From an uncultured virus (IMG/VR IMGVR_UViG_3300024351_000022) (taxonomy: Duplodnaviria; Heunggongvirae; Uroviricota; Caudoviricetes): DNA of 64,000 nucleotides. Made by a program: the position numbers and the translations under genes. The number at the start of each line of letters is the position of its first letter. The first letter of the stretch is position 1. The stretch is from IMG/VR virus record IMGVR_UViG_3300024351_000022, one strand, 5' to 3'. Below are positions 57,515-64,000 of the stretch, one piece after another. The notes under the pieces were generated by a model, which did not search any database, was not told the origin of the DNA, and saw only the letters and a program-made list of their open reading frames with translations.

Positions 57515-57835
57515 CTAAATGGAATGGAACTTAGTATGCCCGACGTGGAGGCCAACGACGTGGTGGCTGTCATCATAGCGGACCCGGAGTTGTGGGCCGA
57601 GCGCCATCGAGTGGCCGACCACTGTGCCGAATGATTCCCGCCGTTGGTTGGCTGATCTCCAGAATATCAGCCTTGTTCCAATTGGGTATTCGCGGCGCAT
57701 TTCCGCCAAAAGGGCGGATTCCACGTCGCGCAAGTGGCGGACAAGCTTGTCGAGTGAAGCGCGCTGTGTTTTGCGGGCGGTTGATTTCATTCTTGGCGGC
57801 TTGTGAGAGAGGATGTCTTCCGGATCAGTCTTCAT
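57515..57835 (-). CDS. Hypothetical protein
   Basis: Starts MKTDPEDILSH, same N-terminus as the downstream gene. Confidence 0.5.
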   Translation of the reverse strand: MKTDPEDILSHKPPRMKSTARKTQRASLDKLVRHLRDVESALLAEMRREYPIGTRLIFWRSANQRRESFGTVVGHSMALGPQLRVRYDDSHHVVGLHVGHTKFHSI

Positions 57836-58187
57836 GAGTGATGGCTTGGCGGTGGATTGACGCGAGGATGTCAAGCTGCTTGCGGCGGAACTCCGGATTG
57901 TGGCGATAGGCGGAGTATGCGTCCTTGGTGTAGCGGCGGGCGGAGGTGGATGTCATGCCGCGCCCGGCGGCCTGGGCAATAAGGTCGGAGGTGAGGCCGA
58001 GATGGAGATCCAGACTGAGGAAGAAATGCAGGCGAGCGGTGGAGGCGAGTCTGGTGCGGGGAGAAATGACGCAGGAGGGGAGGAGGCGGTAGGTGGTGGC
58101 AATGGTTCGTAGCAGGCCCCGGCAGAAGGCGATGATTTCAGCCTGAGATGGATGCGGTGGTGGTGAGCGGTGAAGGGTGGTCTTCAT
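57825..58187 (-). CDS. DnaA C-terminal (domain IV)-like HTH protein
   Basis: IATTYRL...SPRTRLASTAR...LGLTSDLIAQAAGRG pattern. Confidence 0.45.
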   Translation of the reverse strand: MKTTLHRSPPPHPSQAEIIAFCRGLLRTIATTYRLLPSCVISPRTRLASTARLHFFLSLDLHLGLTSDLIAQAAGRGMTSTSARRYTKDAYSAYRHNPEFRRKQLDILASIHRQAITHED

Positions 58188-58473
58188 GGTGAGGGTGGGA
58201 GAGGAGGATCATGGACTGAATCATTTCGCGGCCCTTGCGAGTAAGGACGAGGTGCTGTTTGCGGCGATCACCGGCGACGCTGACGCGGCGTGCCAGGCGA
58301 TGAGAGACGAGGGTGTCTGCAAGGTTGGTGATGCCTGCGGTGGTGAGCTGGAGTAGTGAGGCGAGTTCGGTGGCGGTGAGGCGGTGAGGTGAATGGTGGA
58401 GGATCTCCACGGCGCGAAGGTGGGTGAGGGAATGCAGGCCATGGTCGAGGGCGATCTGAGTGGCAGTGATCAT
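58138..58473 (-). CDS. MarR-family winged HTH
   Basis: LTATELASLLQLTTAGITNLADTL...GDRRKQHLVLTRKG. Confidence 0.8.
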   Translation of the reverse strand: MITATQIALDHGLHSLTHLRAVEILHHSPHRLTATELASLLQLTTAGITNLADTLVSHRLARRVSVAGDRRKQHLVLTRKGREMIQSMILLSHPHHEDHPSPLTTTASISG

Positions 58474-58935
58474 GAGGAGGCGGGAAGGGGTGAGGCGGAT
58501 GCCATGTGGTGGAGGATCATGCGGACGGCGATGTCTTCCGGCGTGATGACGCTGTGATCCGGAGCCATGAGGAATATGGTGACATGGAGGCTTGCGCCTC
58601 GTGGGGTATCCCGGATGAAGGTGCGATGGGGGATGCCGGATGTGACATCTTCCATGTTTCCGATGTCTTCGCTGAGGGCGAGTTCGGTGATGGCGCGATT
58701 TACCTCCGGGCCGGTGGGGCGGAAGAGGATGGGGTCTTCCAGGGGGCTGGTGACACGCACGCCGCCGACAGTGATGATGGCGGTGTTGCCATCGTCGAGC
58801 GGCATGGCGAAGCACCTTGCCGAGTCGTGGCGACTGGTCTCCATGGAGGCCAGGGATGGGGTGATGTAGGCATCGGGGTTCTTCATGACTGGTCGGGGTG
58901 AGGTTATCATCGGGTGATGGCGGCGGGGGCGTTTG

Positions 58936-59253
58936 TCAGGGAGAGCAGGTGATGAGGAGATTGCGGAGGTGGTGGGGATCGTGCTGGTGAGACTCGCGTT
59001 CCCATGAATGGGCAATGGCTTCCGGGGTGGGGGATGCGGGCGGGTGCTCAAGGTGGCGGCGCATTTGCACCACGGAGATTTCGCGGATGGAGCCATCCGG
59101 GACCTGGATGTAAAACAGGTCGGGATGAGGGGAGTCTGAGCCGATGGTGTTCCGCTGGGCGATGATGGCGCAGGGCCGGGAATCCCACGCGAATTCGACG
59201 CGGGTGCCGATGAGAGCCAAGGGGAGGTGATCAGGAGCGACGAGAGGGAGCAT
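58936..59253 (-). CDS. Hypothetical protein
   Basis: 105-aa ORF in the minus-strand early operon. Confidence 0.45.
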   Translation of the reverse strand: MLPLVAPDHLPLALIGTRVEFAWDSRPCAIIAQRNTIGSDSPHPDLFYIQVPDGSIREISVVQMRRHLEHPPASPTPEAIAHSWERESHQHDPHHLRNLLITCSP

Positions 59254-59291
59254 GGTATGTCAGTGAATGAGGTGGAGGATGCGCACGAGAA

Positions 59292-59888
59292 TCATGCTGA
59301 GTGCGGCGAGGATGAGGATGAACAGGGTTCTGGGCATGGGGTGGATGGGTTGCGGTTCAGATGGGTGAGGCTGGAGGCGAGGTCGCGAAGGCTGGCGATG
59401 CAGTCATCCAAGGCGTGGTGAATGCGTTTCGCGGGTTTGGAGTCTCTGCCGAAGGCGAGTTTCCATGTGTCCCGGCCGCAGCTAGTGGACCAGTAGGGGA
59501 TGGGGAATTTGGAATGTCCTGCCAAGTGGAACAGACTTGACAAAAAGGGGCCGTCGAAGTCCTTCCCCCAGATCCAGAGGTGGGTAATGGGGTGGCGGTG
59601 GAGGAAGGCGGACAGGGTGCCGACTGCGGCGGATGGGCTGTAACCATGAGTCCAGTCCATGGGTAGGGTGCCGTTGCTTTTGCGGTGGGCTACGGTTTCC
59701 GGGCAGATGTAGCGACCGAGGAGGATTTGATCGAGGATGCTGAGATCCATGCGGAAGCGGTCGGCGATGACAAAGCCGGTTTCCGGGTCCGGTTTTGTTT
59801 CATCGAAGACGATGGCTCCGATTTCGGTAATGACGCCGTGATAGTTCGGCGGTGTGGCGAGGGTTTCGATATCGATGTATGCGTGCAT
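59292..59888 (-). CDS. DEDDh 3'-5' exonuclease (Rv2179c-like)
   Basis: YIDIETL, EIGAIVF, GKDFD, HHALDDC. Confidence 0.85.
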   Translation of the reverse strand: MHAYIDIETLATPPNYHGVITEIGAIVFDETKPDPETGFVIADRFRMDLSILDQILLGRYICPETVAHRKSNGTLPMDWTHGYSPSAAVGTLSAFLHRHPITHLWIWGKDFDGPFLSSLFHLAGHSKFPIPYWSTSCGRDTWKLAFGRDSKPAKRIHHALDDCIASLRDLASSLTHLNRNPSTPCPEPCSSSSSPHSA

Positions 59889-60077
59889 GGTGGTATCAGC
59901 GAAAGATGAAGCGACGAAGGGCGAAGGTGAGGGAGGCGATGGTGAGGATGGAGGTGGTGGCTCCGGTGATGGCGGCAGAGGTGGTGGACATGCTGCCAAG
60001 GGGGAGCAGTAAGGGGGTGAGGCTGGAGGCGTAGCAAATCACGGCCAGCACGGCGAAGCGAAGGGCGATGGGCATAA

Positions 60078-61646
60078 TCAGGAGAGGTGTTTGCGGAGGT
60101 CGGTGATGGGGGATTCGTTCCGAATGACGCGGAGAACGAGTTCGGTGGTGGTGATGCGGTCTTCCTGTCCGATGCCTTTGGCGTCGAGGTCATCGAGGAG
60201 TTTTTCGATCTTCTCCAGTTGCTTGTCCGGAGCGGAGAATCCGCCGGAGTTTCCGGGGCCGGAGGTGGTGCCATCGCGATTGGTGGAGGTAGCGGATTTA
60301 ATGCGCTCCATGGCACCGGGATCTGGGGCGGATGGGCGGGTGTCATCGACAACGGTGACAGGCGAGGAGTCGGCTTCTGCTTCATCGTCAGAGTCATCCC
60401 CGTAGCTTTCACCGATGGGGAAGAGTTCGGGTCCGTCATCTTCGGCGGCGGGGGAGGAATCCGAGGTTTCCGGCAAGTCTTCATCATCCTCGGACCAAGG
60501 TGCGGTGTCATCGGTATCCAGCTCGGTATCGGGATATTCGGCATCGAGGGCATCCCGGAATGATGCTCGCAGTGAGCTGATCATTTCCGGGAACTTTTGA
60601 TCAAGTGCGTGCGTGGCGTGGTAAAACACCTTCCACCATGCCTGCTTTTCGTTGGCTGGTGTGGGATCGAGAAGGTTGAGAAGGTGGCAGGGTGAGCCCA
60701 AGCCTTCGCCCTTGGCTTGGATGTTGAAACCCGCGCACCATTGTTTCTCGTAGCGGGCGAGCCGGAGTTCCAAGGAGATGAGGTGCCAGCTCTTTGGAAT
60801 GCCGGAGGCCGAAAAGGTGGAGGGATCGTTGAAGATCCCATACTCAGTGGGTTCTTGTTTTTCGCGGCGATGAAGGGTGAAGGCGATGCCCTTGCGGGCG
60901 GGCTTGTCAGCCTTTGGGAGGTGTTTGGGGGTAGCCTTGTCCTTGCCGAGGGATGCGGCGACGGCGATGGCTTCCTCTGCGGCGGCGACTTGGGCCACGG
61001 GGTTGTACTTGTGGCGGCCGATGATTTCGCCGGCGGTGGTGGGGGAAATTTTTTCTTGTTCTACCAAACGCAACAAGCCGGGCGCACCGAAGCGGATGAG
61101 GGTGAGCGCCTGATTCACCGCTTGGCGGGAGGTCTGGGAGCGGCGTGCGAGGTCTGCCTCGGTGAGGGATGGGTCCTCTTTCATGATGTGGGCATAGACG
61201 CGGCCTTTCTCCAGCAGGGAAAACGAGTGCCCGGAATTCTCGGAGAGTTGGCCGAAAAGCCTGTCCACGGGTTTCGTGTGTGGCGGCTCGCTGCGGCAAA
61301 CGAGGAGGAAGGATCTAGCTTTCTCGGCAATGCTTTGATCCTCGTGACTTACTAGGACGGTGCGGATGTAGATCCCAGCACGCCAGCGGCGCTCGCCATA
61401 GACGACGAGGATCTCGCCGGATTCCCCACGGCGGACGGTGATGGGGTGTTGCTGGCCATTGAGAAGGAGGTCGATGGCGAGGTCCTCAATGCCGTGGAAG
61501 GCGCTGCGCTCGTTCCCCCCATCGGGGCGCATGAGGACGGGATCGAGGCGGAAGTTTTCATGACGGCCGGAGCTGAGATGAGCCAGCTTCTGGCCGGTGA
61601 ACCTGGGAGCTGGTGGCAGGTCTTGGATGATGGCGGCGATGGACAT
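60078..61646 (-). CDS. ParB/Spo0J-family protein
   Basis: GQQHPITVR, VVYGERRWRA, QLSEN, HTH LTEADLARRSQTSRQAVNQAL. Confidence 0.85.
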   Translation of the reverse strand: MSIAAIIQDLPPAPRFTGQKLAHLSSGRHENFRLDPVLMRPDGGNERSAFHGIEDLAIDLLLNGQQHPITVRRGESGEILVVYGERRWRAGIYIRTVLVSHEDQSIAEKARSFLLVCRSEPPHTKPVDRLFGQLSENSGHSFSLLEKGRVYAHIMKEDPSLTEADLARRSQTSRQAVNQALTLIRFGAPGLLRLVEQEKISPTTAGEIIGRHKYNPVAQVAAAEEAIAVAASLGKDKATPKHLPKADKPARKGIAFTLHRREKQEPTEYGIFNDPSTFSASGIPKSWHLISLELRLARYEKQWCAGFNIQAKGEGLGSPCHLLNLLDPTPANEKQAWWKVFYHATHALDQKFPEMISSLRASFRDALDAEYPDTELDTDDTAPWSEDDEDLPETSDSSPAAEDDGPELFPIGESYGDDSDDEAEADSSPVTVVDDTRPSAPDPGAMERIKSATSTNRDGTTSGPGNSGGFSAPDKQLEKIEKLLDDLDAKGIGQEDRITTTELVLRVIRNESPITDLRKHLS

Positions 61647-61977
61647 AATTCAGGGGTGTTTGAGACGAGATGGAGAGACGAGGGTGGTGCGGCCGTTTGG
61701 AAGACGGACGGTGATGAACCGGGTGCCAATGGCGGCGACGTGACCGCTGCGGCGGGTGGAGGGACTGCCCCAGGTGGGGGAAATGGGAGCGTTCCAAGTG
61801 ACGGGAGATCCAACAGTCAATCTAGCTAAATCGGTTATGAGCAAGGTTGCATCGGGTGTTGCGCCAAGCAGAACAAACCTGAGAACGTGGCGCAAGTGCA
61901 AAATAAAAGCACAATCGCCAAGAGCGGCGACTGTGCTTGGGGCGGGGCGGCGAGCCGAACGTTCGGCTCGGGCGGAA

Positions 61978-62400
61978 TCAGCGATGCGGAGCAGTGAGGA
62001 AGATGGAAGGGCGGCCGGAATCATCCCGTGCGACGCTGCCGTGAAACGCTGGAGTGGTGCCGTGCGCGGCAGAACGAAGGTGATCCCTGGCGGACTGGCT
62101 GAGATAGACGGGGACGCCATTCTGGGTGCCGACCCAGCCGGTGCCGTGGCGGGTGAGTGCGCCGGGGGAGGCGGTGATGATGCCGGAGCGGCCGAGGTAG
62201 GCGGCAGGGGAGCGGGCGATGATGTCCCCGCGCAGGGCGGGCACGACACGGACGACGGCCGGGCGCTGCCGGGATGGGGTGATGCGGCCGGGGCCGAAAG
62301 GTTTCTTTTCGCCCAAGCCGCCGGGATCATGCAGGGGCATGTCCTCGAAAGGTGAGGCGAGAAGGGGTAGGGTGAGGAGGGTGATGATGAGGAGTTTCAT
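61978..62400 (-). CDS. Secreted hypothetical protein
   Basis: Signal peptide MKLLIITLLTLPLLA. Confidence 0.5.
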   Translation of the reverse strand: MKLLIITLLTLPLLASPFEDMPLHDPGGLGEKKPFGPGRITPSRQRPAVVRVVPALRGDIIARSPAAYLGRSGIITASPGALTRHGTGWVGTQNGVPVYLSQSARDHLRSAAHGTTPAFHGSVARDDSGRPSIFLTAPHR

Positions 62401-62420
62401 GGGGTGGTGGGTGGGGGTCT

Positions 62421-62729
62421 TTACTTGGCGTTAGAGTAGGTCTTTGTGATGACGGACACGGCAGCTTCGATGTCTTTCAAAAGCACGTCCGGAATTTTCG
62501 TGCCAAGCTCGTGATCGCCGTCTTCAAACTGCCATCCGCTCCCGTGGTCAACAAACGCCACCTGGCGTCCCGTTGTTCTTTCCACGATCCAGAGCTTCCA
62601 GTGGTCGCTGCCCGAGGTGGAAAGATCCTCAGTGCCTTCAGGGGCGAAAATCTCACAGGAATACTCGCCGCACTCAGCGCGAAGAGTGGGAGTGTTGGAA
62701 GTTGCAATGGCTTTGAATTGGATCGACAT
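62421..62729 (-). CDS. Hypothetical protein
   Basis: MSIQFKAIATS... ORF. Confidence 0.5.
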   Translation of the reverse strand: MSIQFKAIATSNTPTLRAECGEYSCEIFAPEGTEDLSTSGSDHWKLWIVERTTGRQVAFVDHGSGWQFEDGDHELGTKIPDVLLKDIEAAVSVITKTYSNAK

Positions 62730-63013
62730 GGTCGTGGAGTTATTGGTTATGGTTGAAGTTGAATTCAGATGCCGAGGCATGAGTTGTATTCGCGGGTGTT
62801 AGACTCCCCATTTTTCACGGTCATCGATGTTGATGACGAGCACATGGCCTTCCGCGCCGTTTTTGTGCATGGCGTCAACCAGCTTGCAGGCCGCTTCGTG
62901 AGTCTTCTTCTTGGACCAGATGGAGTATTTTCCGGGGGTGCGGCCGTCACGAATGACAAGCCATTCAAGGGCCGGGCGAGCGTTGCTGTTGCTGATTTTG
63001 TGGGTAGTGGTCT

Positions 63014-63283
63014 TCATGATGATGGGAAGTCTGCCCAAGGGGCGGGGTTGATGACGAGCTTGCGGCCCGTCCATTCGTAGCGTTTGAGGCTGAGATTGTA
63101 GGTGAGAGACTTGGGATTGAGTTTGAGGTAGGCAGTGAAATCCGAGGATGCTTGGGCGTGAGAGATGCCGAAGCAATCGATGAGGTCAGTGCGGCCGATG
63201 GTTCCATTGATCCTTGCCGTGCGCTCCAGCCACGCCAAGCGGGTTCGTGCATACCAGTTCTTGGGGTTGGTGGAGTTTGACAT
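63014..63283 (-). CDS. Stand-alone CapW/WYL-regulator-like winged HTH
   Basis: RLAWLE...GTIGRTDLIDCFGISHAQASSDFTAYLKLNPKSLTYNLSLKRY; TAATG-coupled start. Confidence 0.7.
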   Translation of the reverse strand: MSNSTNPKNWYARTRLAWLERTARINGTIGRTDLIDCFGISHAQASSDFTAYLKLNPKSLTYNLSLKRYEWTGRKLVINPAPWADFPSS

Positions 63284-63669
63284 TAGGAGAGGGCTTTGAG
63301 TCTTTCGCACTCAGCAATGATCGACCTGTTGCACCGGCCGCTCTTGGCGGAAACGATGGTGAATACAGGGCGGGAGTGCTGGCCGTGAGAGCACTCGTAT
63401 CTTCCGCCAACGGAGAACCTGCCCTCGCCGTCATGCTCGCAAAACATTGCGTCAGGGTCGCTTGGCTCTGAATTGGTCAGGTGGGAATAAGCTGCGGATA
63501 CGCTAGAGAATTCTAAGGGGCGGGAGGATGTTTTTCCGGTGCGGTGATCGTATTCTGGATGGTCCATAAGATAGCCATCTTTTGGGGCATGGTGAGTGCC
63601 TGGATAATAGCCAAACTCGGCTTTGATGCGGACGGCGGTGGATGTGGAGGGAGTGGTGATGGTGCTCAT
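63283..63669 (-). CDS. Hypothetical protein
   Basis: 128-aa ORF, first of the minus-strand operon. Confidence 0.55.
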   Translation of the reverse strand: MSTITTPSTSTAVRIKAEFGYYPGTHHAPKDGYLMDHPEYDHRTGKTSSRPLEFSSVSAAYSHLTNSEPSDPDAMFCEHDGEGRFSVGGRYECSHGQHSRPVFTIVSAKSGRCNRSIIAECERLKALS

Positions 63670-64000
63670 GATGATGAGGTGGATGAGGTGGAGCTATCGT
63701 TGTTGTTCCTGAATGATGAGGCGTTGCATGATGGAGTGAGCCGAACGTTCGGCTTGGGCCATCCAGTGGAGGAGGTCATCGCCGGAGACGGGCGGGTGAT
63801 GAATCATGGCTTGACACCACGGAAGTCACAGACTCCACAAAGCCCGTTCGATTCGGTCGCAAGCCTGTGGTGACAGTGCGAGCACCGTCTAGGTGGCGAG
63901 GATCTTTCAATGGTTTCTTGCAGCGCAGGGATGCGTTGGACGATCTGGAGTCCGGCTATGATGGCACCGGGCATTTCATCGCGGCTGATTCCGATTTCCA

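Larger units (their letters stand above)
1..64000. mobile_element. Temperate tailed (Caudoviricetes-type) phage genome, probably excised/free form; extends beyond the window
   Basis: Terminase, portal, capsid, tape measure, endolysin, primase-helicase and integrase genes; attP with phage genes on both sides; no host housekeeping operons. Confidence 0.95.

Noticed and set aside
574..61875. Canonical Verrucomicrobia LexA boxes
   Set aside because: The spacer is consistently 9 bp, not 4; no N4 site was spotted by eye
55260..63700. Further attC-like sites in the minus-strand accessory region
   Set aside because: Isolated TAAC/GTTA words occur, but no paired arms with the correct spacing were found

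Overview
The whole 64 kb window is a GC-rich temperate tailed phage genome. It encodes a primase-helicase with a candidate origin, an immunity switch, terminase/portal/capsid, a tape measure protein, a lysis cassette and a tyrosine integrase. The integrase lies beside an intact attP made from the 3' half of tRNA-Thr(TGT), so this looks like the excised or free form. A Verrucomicrobia-like host is only a weak inference. The main discovery is an integron-style cassette array at 16.3-19.6 kb: six complete attC-architecture sites and two half-sites, all inverted relative to the genes. The two core sites bounding each cassette are mutually complementary, and the sites supply in-frame stop codons and often the next start codon. 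The cargo is anti-defence or DNA-modification type (Lar-like, Dam-type MTase, C5-MTase-like, DUF2829/Tad2-like, PAPS-reductase-like), and no integron integrase is visible in the window. Other signals are 11 roughly evenly spaced copies of the palindrome GCCGAACGTTCGGC, 12 TGTTC-N9-GAACA operator-like sites, a host-type parS, a stand-alone CapW-like wHTH, a duplicated helicase domain, an acyl carrier protein, a GT-Stealth fusion and a PAS-domain membrane protein in the lysis cassette. All calls come from reading motifs by eye; no searches were run.
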